A stretch of 64,000 nucleotides of DNA from Scyliorhinus canicula (GCF_902713615.1 NC_052160.1:137310737-137374736); one strand, 5' to 3'. Counted from the first letter of the stretch, positions 36,705 to 49,154 are shown. A program made the numbers and translations. Notes: a model not told the origin generated them from the sequence alone.

Positions 36705-37022
36705 AATCCGTATCTGTTCCTCTACTTAGCCTTTTACCAAATGTCTCATGTTCTGTGAGCCCAGTGTCCGTCTCCTGTGAGTCTCTCCGGGGCTCCCTCC
36801 CCATTCAGTACATATGGAATGAAAAGACCCCGTCTGGAGATTCAAAGATCTCCGACACCAATAAACTGGATCTCCGTTGTCGATCCTTCAAACAGCAACA
36901 GCATCAATATTACTGCACAGCCTCAAATACTCAAGGGAAACAATCCAGTCAAATGGTGAATGTGTCGGTCATCAGCCTTTCAGAGCAGAGCTGCAGTTAT
37001 GTGATACTAAATGGAAGCAGTG
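36705..37022 (+). CDS. Gene B exon 3: second Ig domain (C2/I-set, FcR-like/PECAM-like)
   Basis: 318 nt, phase 1-1, open. VSVPLL, VSVSCES.RGSLPIQYIW and YYCTASNTQGKQSSQMVNVSV; cttcctttcccacag acceptor and gtaagt donor. Confidence 0.92.
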
Positions 37023-37647
37023 GTAAGTGTTACCGTCAACAAACCATAACCAATGTTTCCAATGAATGTTTATTCAAACTGGTCACAACCTAAGTTGCTA
37101 CAGTCACTCTGAGAAATGTAACCGGTCAAATTCTGTCTATTCTGCCCCTCAACAGTCATGGACAATTTGAATATTATTTTAACTACGCGGTTCTTTAAAC
37201 AGAGAAACTCGTTAAAATATTAACTTCTTGTCCACACAGTTGCATCAGCAAACCCTCATTCAATATTTCACTGTGTGTTCATTGCAGAACTGACCTCCAG
37301 GACATAACAGTGTTGGCAATGCCACCAAGGGATAGATTGTCCAGTGGTGGCAGTGCCCAGCTCCCTGGCTAAAGGTTTTCTTTATGTTTCACAAAGGCAG
37401 AGAAGGTGATATCTGAATTGCAAACCTGTGTCCTTTAAAACCTTCCATAATAACTCGGTATCACCAATGCCTAGATACAGGAACAAAATATAAATAATAA
37501 GTAGAAACAAGGCTCTTTCCTCGCTACCAGAGAGTGGGAAATTACACAGAAATTAATTCTTCCAAACCATTTCCCGAGGTTCCATTTGGAAAGAGTTCTC
37601 TCTCCGTTAATCAGCTGAATCTGAATACTATCTTTATGTCTCAATAG

Positions 37648-37732
37648 GAGCTGAATATACTTGTGCCGTTTTAACAACAATATCACCAAAAACATCAAAT
37701 GCAACTTCAAGATTTACATCTGTCAGTAAAAG
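37648..37732 (+). CDS. Gene B exon 4: Ser/Thr-rich stalk (GAEYTCAVLTTISPKTSNATSRFTSVSK)
   Basis: 85 nt with phase-1 acceptor (tctcaatag) and phase-2 donor (gtacag). This is exactly the phase change needed to link exon 3 to the TM exon. Confidence 0.85.
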
Positions 37733-38026
37733 GTACAGTTTTCTCATTGCTGATGTTTTCATTGGCATTGCTTTCAAATGGAAATAAATATTGATCAGTT
37801 TTGACATGAAGCTTTACAATAATTGGGCAGAATGGACTGTGATTACATAACGCTACTGGCTGTGATTTTCCCACCGCGTTGCGCCTGGCGCCAATCCCGT
37901 TACATTGGGTGGGTAGCGGGAGAGGCCAAAAACGGGGTTTTTGCCGAACCGATCGCGATGCACCCGAACCTTGATGCCCGACACAATGTGGATCACGCCC
38001 TCGCTGGGCATAATCCGGATCAGCAT

Positions 38027-41000
38027 ATCTTTTTTTTGAATAAACATTTTATTGAGGTATTGTTTGGTTTTACAACAACGACAAAATAAACAATACACAT
38101 GTCTATCAACATAGTGCAAAAAAAAAGGCTGCTACCTCCCAAGCAGGTCCCACCTTCATTAACCCCCGACTCTAAACTAACCCCCCCACCTTCTGCTGAC
38201 GATTAATTTCCCGCAAAGAAGTTGACGAACGGTTGCCACCTCCGGGCGAACCCTAACATTAACTCTCTCCAGGCGAACTTGATTTTCTCCAGACAGAGAA
38301 AGCTAGCCATGTCCGATAGCCAGGTTTCCGACTTCGGGGGCTTTGAGTCCCTCCAAGCTAATAGTATTAATAGTATCCGTCTCCGGGCTATCAGGGAAGC
38401 AAAGGCCAGAATGTCTGCCTCTTTCTCCTCCTGGATTCCCGGATCTTCCAATACCCTGAAATTCGCCACCTCCAGACTCGGTGCCACCCTTGATTTAACA
38501 CCGTGGACATGGCATCCACAAATCCCTGCCAAAATCCCCTAAGCTTCGGACATGCCCAGAACAAATGGACATGGTTTGCTGGCCCCCCCACATACCTTGC
38601 ACACCTGTCTTCTACATCTGCTCATCCGGGCCACTGTCTTGTGAGCCCGGTCAACAACCTTAAACTGTTTCAGGCTGAGCCTGGCACATGTTGTGGACGC
38701 GTTGATTCTACTCAACGCATCCACTCAGAGACCATCCTCTATCCCTCCTCCTAACTCCTCTTCCCATTTGTGCTTCAGCTCCTTAGTCTGCATGACCTCT
38801 GACCTTCCCTTCTCCCACCCTAACTCTGGAAACTACCCTATCCTGAATCCCCCTTAGCGGTAGGAGCGGGAAGGTTGAAACCTGTCTACGCAGGAAGTCC
38901 CGCACCTGCAGGTACCTAAATTTGTTTCCCCTTGCCAATCCAAATTTTTCCTCCAGCTCCCACAAGCTAGGAAAGCTCCCCTCTATAAACATATCCCCCA
39001 TCCTCTCGATCCCTGCTCTCCGCCATCTCCGAAATCCTAAATCCATCTTTCCCGGAGCAAACCGGTAGTTATTACAAATTGAGGACCAGACCGATGCTCC
39101 CTCCGCTCCCACATGCTTCCTCTATTGCCCCCCGACTCTTAGGGCTGCCACCACCACGGGGCTGGTGGAGTACCGTGCCGACGGGAACGGCAGAGGCGCC
39201 GTTATCAACGCCCCCAAACTGGTGCCCTTACACGAAGCCGCCTCCATCCGCTCCCATGCCGACCCTCCCCCCACCACCCACTTCCTGATCATGGCTATAT
39301 CCGCCGCCCAATAATAGTTACTGAAGTTTGGCAGCGCCAGCCTGCCCTCTCCCCAGCTCCACTCAAGCAGTCCCTTTTTTACTCGCGGGGTCTTGCCCGC
39401 CCATACAAAGCCGGTGAGTACCTTATTGACCCATTTAAAGAAGGACCGCAGAATAAAGATGGGGAGACACTGGAACACAAACAGGAATCTCGGAAGGACC
39501 GTCAACTTCACCGTCTGGACCCTCCCAGCTAGTGACAACGGGAGCGCGTCCCAACCCCGAAAATCGTCTTTCATTTGATCTACCAGACGGGCCAGATTAC
39601 GTTTGTGTAACCGTTCCCATTCCTGCGCCACTTGGATGCCTAGTTACCTACAACTTCCCCCCCCCACTCTAAACGACAGCTCCCCCAATCGCCTCTCCTG
39701 TCTCCTTGCCAGGATCGCGAACATCTCGCTTTTCCTCATATTTCGTTTGTACCCCGAAAACCGGCCGAATTCCCCCAGAATCCTCATGATTCTTCCATTT
39801 CCCCCACTGGGTCCGACACATACAGGAGCAGGTCATCTGCGTAAAGTGAGACTCTGTGTTCCATTCCTCCCTGGACCAACCCCTTCCAGCCCCTTGAGGC
39901 TCTCAGAGCAATTGCCAGCGACTCTATAGCTAGCGCAAACAACAGCGGGGAGAGGGGGCCTCATCCCCTGCTTCATCCCCCGGTGTAGCCTAAATAGTCT
40001 GTTGTCGCCCTATTCGTCCGTACACTCGCCACAGGAGCCTGATACAGCAACCTGACCCAGTCAATAAAGCATTGTCCAAATCCGAACCGTCCCAGCACCT
40101 CCCACAAATATTCCCATTCTACTCGATCAAAAGCCTTCTCTGCGTCCATTGAAACCACTACCTCCACCTCCCTACCTTCTGGGGGCATCATGATCCCATT
40201 TAGAAACCTCCCTACATTGGACACCAACTGCCTTCTCTTAACAAACCCCGTCTGGTCCTCCTCAATCACATCCGGAACATAATCTTCAATCCCAGAGGAC
40301 AGAATTTTGGCCAGCAGTTTGGCATCCATATTCAATAGGGATATCGGCCTGTAGGACCCACACAGCTCCAGATCCTTGTCCCGCTTCAGGATCAGCGAGA
40401 TCGTGGCCTGTGACATCGTTGGGGAAGCACCCCTCTATCCCTAGCTTAATTGAATGTCCTCATCAACAGCGGCCCCAATATCCCAGAGAACGTTTTGTAG
40501 AACTCCGCTGGGTACCCGTCCGGCCCCGGGGCTTTACCCGCATGCATGGTGCTCAGACCCTCCACCATCTCTTCGATCCCAATCAGGGCTCCCAGCCCTT
40601 CTACCAGCTCCCCGTCCACCTTCCGGAAATTCAGCCCCCCGAGGAAGTGCCTCATCTCCTCTGGCCCCGGTGGGGGTTCCGACCCATACAGCCTACTGTA
40701 AACCTACTTAAATGCCTTATTCACCCTACCAGGTTCCTATCTCCATCCTTTACTTTCCCTATCTCTCTGGCTGCCTCCCTCTTTCTAAGCTGCTGTGCAA
40801 GCATTCTGCTGGCCTTCTCTCCGTGCTCATAGATCACCCCCCTCGCCTTTCTCAGCTGTTCCATCGTCCTCCCTGTGGTTAACAAGCCGAACTCCGCCTG
40901 CAGCCTCCGTATTGAGATCTGCTCCTCTCTAACCACCGCCTTCAGTGCCTCCCAGACCAGCGCTGCTGAAATTTCCCCCGTGTCATTGACCTCCCGGTAA

Positions 41001-43190
41001 TTCTGAATACATTTCCTCAGCCACCCGCACACCTCCTCGTCCGCTAAAAGCCCCTGTCTAACCTCCAGTGCGGGCGCTGGTTACCGTCTTTACTAACCTG
41101 TAGGTCAACCCAGTGCGGGGCATGGTCTGAGATTGTGATCGCCGATAACTCCGGGTCCACCACCCCCGTCAGTAAAGCCCTGCTCAGAATAAAGAAATCA
41201 ATCTGGGAGTACACTTTATGCACGTGTGAGTAGAAGGAAAACCACTTTACTCTTGGCTGCCCAAAGAGCTTGACCGGTCTAAACCAGGGTCAATAACTGT
41301 TTTGAAGTCCCCTCCCATGACCAGCTTATGCAAATCCAGGACCGGTATCTTCCCCAGCATCCTCTTTATAAACTCCAGATCGTCCCAATTTGGCGCATAC
41401 ACATTTACTAATACCACCTGCCCCCCCTCCAATTTCCCACTGACCATAATGTACCGGCCTCCCACATCCGAAACTATTCTTCCCGCCTCAAACACCATCG
41501 CTTGTTGATCAGGATTGCGACCCCTCTAGTCTTTGAGTCCAGTCCCGAATGAAAGACCTGTCTGACCCAGCCTTTCCTTAATCTATTCTGATCAGTTACT
41601 CTAAGGTGCGTCTCCTGCAACATTACCACGTCCGCCTTCAGTCCCCTCAGATGCGCGTACATGTGTGCCCCCTTGACCGGCCCATTGAGCCCTCTTACAT
41701 TCCAGATGATCAGTCGAGTTGGGGAGCTCATCGACCCCCCCCCCCCCCCCCTTCACCAATCAGCTACCCCTCTCTTGGGCCAGTCACCAGTCACCAGCCC
41801 CGCGCCCTGCGCCTCCACCGGCCCGCCCCCAAGCAGCCCGTGCCCCACGCCTCCACCGGCCCGCCCCCAAGCAGCCCGTGCCCCACCGGCCCGCCCCCAG
41901 GGAGTCCGTGCCCCACGCCTCCACCGGCCCGCCCCCAGGGAGTCCGTGCCCCACGCCTCCACCGACCCTCCCCCAAGCAGCCTCCGTCCCCAACTTCCTC
42001 TCTGTCCCTCAGCAACAGTCCCTCCCTCATAAGCAGAACATTTCCCCCCTCCCCCTAGTAACAGCACTAAGTAAATCAACCCCTTTGATAAGCCTAACTT
42101 CTGTTCACCCCCCACTACGCTTCCGTACGCTAGCCCGTCCAGGTTGGTGGCCCTCGCCCCTGGCGCCAGACAATCTCCCACCTGTTGTCCCTTCCCCACC
42201 TTCTCCCCCCCGCTCATACATGCATATTCAAATGAAAAACAATCCCAACACAATTGTCCGACAGAGATGAGAAAAAACCCCAAGTTGAACTCAAACGAAG
42301 GAAAAGGTCAAGCAAAAGATCCAGCATCTGAACAAACACACCTCCATCCCCCAACAGTGCAAATGCAAACTTTGACCTCACTCAGCTCTGCAGCTGGTCC
42401 CAGATCCATACAGCAGGCATTACACATAATGTCCGAAAAGAAACCCCCACAAGAAACAAGAAACCTTTTATTTGCAAAACATAAACGTAACAGCCAAATT
42501 CCAAATTCAAAGTTCTCAGTCCGACACCAGTCCTTTCCTTTTCCAAAGTGAAGCGACTCAAAATAGAAATGTTGCTCCTCGTATGTGACCCAGAGGTGGG
42601 CTGGGTCCAACAGCCCGAACTTCACTTTTTTCTTGAATAGGGTCGACCTGATCTGATTGAATCCCACTCTTCTCCTGGCCACCTCCGCACTCAGGTCCTG
42701 ATAGATCCGCAGGATACTGTTGTCCCATTTACAGCTCCGTGTCTGCTTGGCCCACTGTAAAATATGCGCCTTATCCAAATACCTGTGGAATCTCACCACC
42801 ATTGCCCTTGGGGGCCTCCCATTCGCGGCTTCTTCGCGAGCGCTCTGTGAGCCCTGTCCACCTCCAAGGGTCGGGGGGATGCTCCATCCTCCAGCAGCTT
42901 CTCAAACATTGTCTGCGATATTGCCCCAGCGTCTGCTCCTTCGGACCCCTCCGGGAGCCCAACGATCCTCAGGCTCTGCCGGCGGGACCTGTTCTCTAGG
43001 TCCCCCACCTTCTCCAGGAGCCTTTTCTGCTGATCTCTCAGCATCCCCACCTCCAACTCCACCGCAGTTTGATGTTCCTCCTGTTCAGCCAGCGCCTTCT
43101 CTGCTTTCTGGATCGCCCGATCTTGGGCATCCAGTCTAAGCTCCAGCCGCGAAATTGCCTCTTTAATCGGGTCCAAGCAGTCCTGCTTCT
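38027..43190 (-). mobile_element. L1/Tx1-clade LINE, near full length but broken (ORF1, APE endonuclease, RT), antisense in gene B intron 4
   Basis: ORF1: LENRSRRQSLRIVGLPEG and EVDRAHR. ORF2: WNVRGLN..MLQETHL, SYRPISLLNMDAKLLAK and SMDAEKAFDRVEW. Poly-T on the + strand at 38030. Frameshifts and deletions present. Confidence 0.95.
41799..41985. repeat. GC-rich tandem repeat (unit about 37 bp, about 5 copies) in the L1 inter-ORF region
   Basis: ccgtgccccacgcctccaccggcccgccccca recurs with variants. Confidence 0.85.
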
Positions 43191-44267
43191 GCGATGGGAA
43201 TTTGTTCCCATTTAGTTAAATCCCTCGGGCACAATTCTCCCGAAAGGGAACAAAGTTCCCTCGCGAGCGCGTTCAGCCACGTGTCTCCCGGCACTCGTAG
43301 TGTGCGACCACGATTTGTATCGTGGGGAGCTCAGCTTGCGTGCGCAAGAAGACCAATCGGGTTGCCATTTTTAAAGGCCAACGATTTCGATGAATCTCAC
43401 AATAAGTTTCGAGTATCGCGGATTGCGCAAGGTGCCTCTCGGCTGATTCAACAGCCTCGTCATGTGACCTAGTTGGGTGCAACGAGGCCGGTACATCGCA
43501 TTGTCATTAGTCATTGTTTGGGAGAATTTCACCCATTGTGTTTAGTAACAAAGTTGCTGTGGAAATTCAGATAAAGAAGTCAACATTTTTTGTTTGCCTC
43601 CCCTCAGATGTTGCAGTTTTCATTATTCATGTGAATCACTTCACCATGCACTCAACCTCATGGAGATGTAGCTGTCACACCCCAGTCATGGCAGATTTCC
43701 TGTGTGTTCTGGAGTATCTCTGACAGGGACATTTCAATCACTGTCATTGTCTCCTTCACGGTTGTCGGGTTTTACAGGTTGTCCCCAAACTGAGAAGGTT
43801 AAAGGTCGTCTGCTTCCATTTGGTTAAGAATTTCCTGTGAGGAGATGCACCAGGGAATTGTGGGATGATAAAAACAGGAAGTTCTGGAAAAACTAAGCTC
43901 CCTCAGCATCTGTCGAGAGAGGAACAGAGTTAACATTGAGTTGAATATGACTGTACTTCAAAACAGTGTTAGATGGTGTTATTCTGAGTTCCTTAGTCAC
44001 TGAACAGATACGGCACCATTGCTATATTGCACCATGAGAGATATGCTGTGGAAATCTAATTAAATTTGCTCCATTTGATCTTTATCTAATAATCATGAAA
44101 TTGATCAGTAAAACGTTAGTTTATTTTTCCAGCGGATATGCCTTGTCTCTGCTGCTTTACGTTGCTACAATACACTAAGGTCACAGCAGAGACAAGTGAT
44201 TTACGTTTCAAACGTGAAGTAGTCTTATTTCCTGCAAGTAATGTTGTAATCTTTCCGTTTTCCTCAG

Positions 44268-44358
44268 TTACATTATCTGGGATGTGATCCGCTGGGGGCT
44301 CTTTACTCTGCTGGTGATTTGTGCTGTTTCAGTCACATGGTGTGCAGGAAAATCTAAG
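44268..44358 (+). CDS. Gene B exon 5: transmembrane with Arg (SYIIWDVIRWGLFTLLVICAVSVTWCAGKSK)
   Basis: 91 nt, phase 2-0, ttttcctcag acceptor and gtgagc donor. In frame with the stalk exon; paralogous exon at 178-268. Confidence 0.92.
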
Positions 44359-44829
44359 GTGAGCATTACGGACTTTACCAGAATCATTCTGAGCGCTTTG
44401 TAAACCCTCCATCAATTATTCCAAATGCATTGACCACAGATAATGGGAAGAAAATCTTGCATTGTTGTAAACTGTGGTATTTTTTAAAGGATACGTTTGC
44501 AGACCACGAAGGTGAAAACAAACAAGAGCTTTATTGGAAAGGTGTTGTCACACAGGCTGCTAGAATTGACTGACGGTTAGCCCGTCCAAACTGTTGCTAA
44601 TGTCATCCATACGTCACGTGGTCGACCTAGGAACAAACATCAATGGACCAAACCTACAACAGAGGTTTCTGCAATGAAACACAATACAACATTAAGAGAT
44701 ATTGGAAAGAAAATCTTGCGTTGGTGTAGATGTCCACAGGGTTAAACAATGGCGGAACTTTACCTTTTATCTCAAAGAGTGGCAGGGCATTGTGGAGAGG
44801 GAGGGTGGCCAGCCAGTGGCCGTGGTACA

Positions 44830-46570
44830 CAGTGGTACCAACAACAAAGGGGTGAGGATCTGCATATAGCTGAATATCAGAAGTTAGGAGATAAATTAAA
44901 ATGCTCGTCCTCAAATGTATTGATCTCAGGATTGCTGCCAGTGCCATGCACTGGCGAGAGCAGGAATAAGAGGATAGATAAGATTAACGTGTGGCTGGAG
45001 AAATGGTGTACCCGGGAGGGATTTAGATTCTTGTGGCATTGGGACCGACTCTGAGGAAGTTGGGACAGGTTGCACCCGGATAGAGCTGAGATCAATATCC
45101 TCTGGGGGGCTTTAGTTATTTCTGTTGGGGAGATTTGAAACTGATGGGGGAATGGGACCCCAAGGATAGGCTTAGATGGGTCAGATTCTGATCAGGAAAC
45201 AGGAAGTAGGACATTAGTCAGTGATGCAGTCAGCGACTCAGAAATCCAAAAGAAACAAAGGTTAAAAAGCAAATCCATCAAAGGAAACTGCCGGGGTCGA
45301 ACTGTTCATACTTCAGTTCAAGGAGCATTACAAACAAGGCAGATGAACTAAGGGCACCGATAGACACATGGCAGCAGGATGTCGTTGCTATAACGGAAAC
45401 CTGGCTAAAGGAGGGGCAGAATTGGCAGCTCAATATCCCTGGATGTAGAGATTTCAGGCAGGAAAAAAAGGATGTCAAAAATGGTGGGGGCAGCATTATC
45501 GTTTAAAGAATCAGTTACAGTTGTGAAAACGGATGATGCAATAAACTAGTTAACAATTGAAACTTTATGGGTTGAGTATAGGAATAAAAAAGGGGCAGTC
45601 ACACTTCTAGGAGTGTACTACAGACCTCAAAACAGTGAGAGGGAGCTAGAAAAAGATATATATGGACAAATTTCTGCCTGTAGGAATAAGAGGGCAATAA
45701 TAGTAGGAGGCTTTAATTGTTCCAATATCAATTGGGTTTCAAGCAATATAAGGGATATTGAGGGTGAAAATTTCATCTACTGTGTCCTGGATTTTTTAAT
45801 TAAACGATACGTGACAAGCGCAACGAGAGGAGACACAATTCTGGATTTAGTCTTGGGAAATGAACATGGACAAGTGGGTGAAATGACAGTAGGCGACCAT
45901 ATCGGGAATAATGACCACATCAGTTGGATTCAGGATTATCATGGAAAAGGACAGAGATAAATCAGAAGTAAAATGTTTAAACTGGTGTAAGGTAAATTTT
46001 ACAAAACTGAGAAGTGATTTGGCTGAAGTGGGCTGGACAAGACTGCTAAAGGGTATGTTAGTGGTAAACCAGTGGGAAGCATTAATTAGTGAGATCCTTA
46101 TGGTACGAAGTAGACATGCCCCCTCCAAAAATACAAATGTTACTGCCAACCCCCATGGTTGTCCAGAAAAATACAGGAGAAGATTAAACAGAAAAAGAAA
46201 GCTTTTGATAGTCACAAAAAACTCAAGACTGCTGATAGCCTAGTATAGAAAGTACAGGATCAAGTAAAAAAAGAAATAAGGAAATCAAAGAGAGAGCATG
46301 AAAAGATATTAGCAAAAGCCAGGGGTCATGGATTCAAGCTAAATGGCAGAAAGTGTAGAGGGGACGTGAGGGAAATCTGGAATTCGCTGCCTGAGTAACT
46401 TGTGGAGACAGAGACCCTAAACTCTATTAAGATCCACATCTTAGGTACTGTACGCTGCAGGGCTATGGGCCATGTGCAGCAAGATGGGATTAAATAGGGC
46501 ACTTTGGTGTCTTTGGGCCAGCATGGACATGATGGACCGAATGGCCCCATTCTGGGCTGTATCATTTCTA
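44830..46570 (+). mobile_element. CR1 LINE relic: ORF1 SGNH-esterase-like segment, APE endonuclease and a 3' tail
   Basis: VLISGLLPVP...RNKRIDKINVWLEKWC.REGFRF (ORF1); NKADELRA..VAITETWL and GVYYRP...GGFN (endonuclease); tail ends ttctatggtcctat. Confidence 0.85.
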
Positions 46571-47289
46571 TGGTCCTATGGGCGGGGAAAGAGGCATTGA
46601 AGACATAATGCTAAGTACTTTGTCCAGAAAGGTTGATCAGAGACCTGATAATGGTTCACAAATGTTGAACGTCAGGATTCCCGTTGTGCCACTGACGGGA
46701 GATGGGGACAATTACAATGAGAATTCCTGTCAAAGTAAAACGCGATTTGAGCCTCTCGTGAGATTTTTATCTCCCGCCACCAAATCCCCCACGAGAAGAA
46801 CGAGAGCGGAAAATCCCGGCCAAAGTGATTTCCAGATTATAAAACCATAGAACATTGGAGCAGAATTAGGCCACTCGGCCCATCGAGCCTCCTCCGCCAT
46901 TCAATCATGGCTGATATTTTTCTCAGCCCCATTCTCCTGCCTTCTCCCCATTATATCTCCTGCCTTCTCCCCATTATATGTTTTGAGCTGTCGCTGATGT
47001 TATGTAGGAAAGATCAATGGGATTGTTTGTTGCAGATGGTATCAACATTCCTGATCCTTATTGTAGCTGCATCCATCATGATATGATCAATTGTCTTAAT
47101 CCAGGGAAACCTCCAGCAATAAATGAAAGTTTAACTTTATCACTGAAGGATTTTACAAAAAAAAGATCTCTAGATAATCTGATTAGTCCAGGACACTGGG
47201 TGATCTCTGCTCTTCTCCAAATATTGTCATGGCCACTTTTGGCACCTGAGCAAGACGATGGCGCTCTCAAATCACAATTCATAGATAGT

Positions 47290-47626
47290 CATAGAATTTA
47301 CAGTGCAGAAGGAGGCCATTCGGCCCATCGAGTCTGCACTGGCCCTTACAAAGAGCACCCTACTCAAGCCCATGTATCTATCCTATCCCCGTAACCCAGT
47401 AACCCTCAATTAACCTTTTTGGACACTAAGGGCAATTTAGCATGGCCAATCCACCTAACCTGCACGTATATGGACTGTGGGAAGAAACCAGAGCACCCGG
47501 AGGAAACCCACGCAGACACGGGGAGAATGTGCAGAGTCAGCACAGACAGTGACCCAAGCCGGGAATCGAACATGGTACCCTGGAGCTGTGAAGCAACTGT
47601 GCTAACCACTATGCTACCGTGCTGCT
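47290..47626 (-). mobile_element. HE1-type SINE
   Basis: As 4021-4373. Confidence 0.9.
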
Positions 47627-47893
47627 ATATCTGACAATAGAGCACTGTCTCTGTACGGGGTTGAGGTGTTGGCCAAGATTCTGTCTCTGACCAAACAGGG
47701 TCAATCCAGGAGACAGAAATCCATGTGGCTCGGGTTTTACTTCTAGTTGATGTCACTGAAGAACTTATCATCTTCACAGTAAAGGCAATAATGCTGTGGA
47801 TTGGAGGGGTGAGTTGGTTGAACTTTTTAATGGATGCAGTCTGGTAGGTAGAGAGAAACACTTTGCTCAGTGCACAGATTGAGTACAATGGGG

Positions 47894-48520
47894 TGTGACA
47901 TTATAGAAATGTACAGCATGTGAAGAGTTAACGTCATGTTACAATTAGCCACTAGATGGAGCTAGGGACAGTACTAATAAAGCACTGACGCTTAGGCTTT
48001 TGGGAGAGAATAAAATAGAGAAGAGACTGGAGTGAAGTGCATGGTATAGCTGTAGACGATAGAATATAGTTACAGTTAGCATATAGACATGGTAGCACAG
48101 TAGTTAGCACTGTTTCTGCACAGCGCCAGGGTCCCACGTTCGATTCCTGGCTTGGGACACTGTGCGGAGACTGCATGTTCTCCCCGTGTCTGCGTGGGTT
48201 TCCTCCGGGTGCTCCGGTTTCCTCTCACAAGCCCCGAAAGACGTGCTTGTTAGGTGATTTGGACATTCCGAATTCTCCCTGTGTACCCAAACAGGTGCTG
48301 GAATGTGGCGACTAGGGGCTTTTCACAGTAACTTCATTGCAGTGTTAATGTAAGCCTACTTGTGACAATAAAGTTGATTCTTATTATTAGAGATGATGTT
48401 AGTGAGTGTAGTTTAATATAATCTATTTGTTTACTCCAGGAATAAGTGTTGAATTTTAATTCAAGTAGTGTGAATAAATTTGTTGTTGAACACTAATTGG
48501 TCCACCCTGATGACAACCTC
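47894..48520 (+). mobile_element. Probable solo LTR interrupted by a SINE (48085-48390)
   Basis: Starts TGTGAC, resembles 5942-6080, and has AATAAA near 48473. No TSD recognised. Confidence 0.4.
48085..48390 (+). mobile_element. SINE (HE1-type head, gcctacttgtgacaataa tail)
   Basis: Same family as 35747-36036. Confidence 0.88.
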
Positions 48521-49100
48521 ACAAAGATCACCACTAGGGGCAGCTAAAGTGAGAGCTTTAGGAGTGAAATTTGGAAGCATTTCTTTCACACAGCTGGTCA
48601 TGGAATCTGAAACTGGTCCATGCTAAAGGTTATGGATGCTGGGCAAATTAAACTTATCAAAGGATATGTTTTGGTGAGCAGAAATAGGAGTGTAATAACA
48701 GATAAACCCAATCCTATCCAATTGAAAGGTGCAACAGGCTCAAGGGAATGAATGAGCTACTCCTGTTGCTATGGTCATGCGTAACCATCCTTTATAGAAC
48801 CCTTTCATCGTGTAATCCAAATCTTATTAAACTGTCGCTACAAGAAAAAGGAAGGAAATGGGAAAGGTTAAAAACAGCGACAGGGCAGATAGTTTTTGGA
48901 CAAGAACACAAGGGGACTTTTGCAGACTGCATCAAGAGGCTGAGACCCAATGGTATTGTTGCTGGAAGTAGCAAGTGGACTGTATAAAATATATTTAATA
49001 ACACGGACGTAACAACCTATTTCTCCAGTCAATTGTCCAGAATCACAGCTGCAGGGAAACATTAGTTACCTGTGAGAAAATAAAGTTCCATGTTTTCCAG

Positions 49101-49154
49101 AAGGACACAAATGAGAGATTTTCCCAGCACATATGCAATGGGGGGACAGAGTGA
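49101..49154 (+). CDS. Tentative terminal cytoplasmic exon of gene B (KDTNERFSQHICNGGTE*)
   Basis: tgttttccag acceptor in phase 0 giving a short open frame. An upstream acceptor at 49028 is in the same frame. No homolog in the window to confirm it. Confidence 0.25.
   Translation, partial: KDTNERFSQHICNGGTE

Noticed and set aside
44133-44220. Candidate stalk exon just upstream of the TM exon
   Set aside because: Donors are weak or in the wrong phase; exon 37648-37732 already gives the exact phase bridge and a typical S/T-rich stalk.
29273-44358. Assigning the symbol PIGR or CD300x
   Set aside because: Orthology cannot be established by eye, and the two-domain V + C2/I architecture differs from both.
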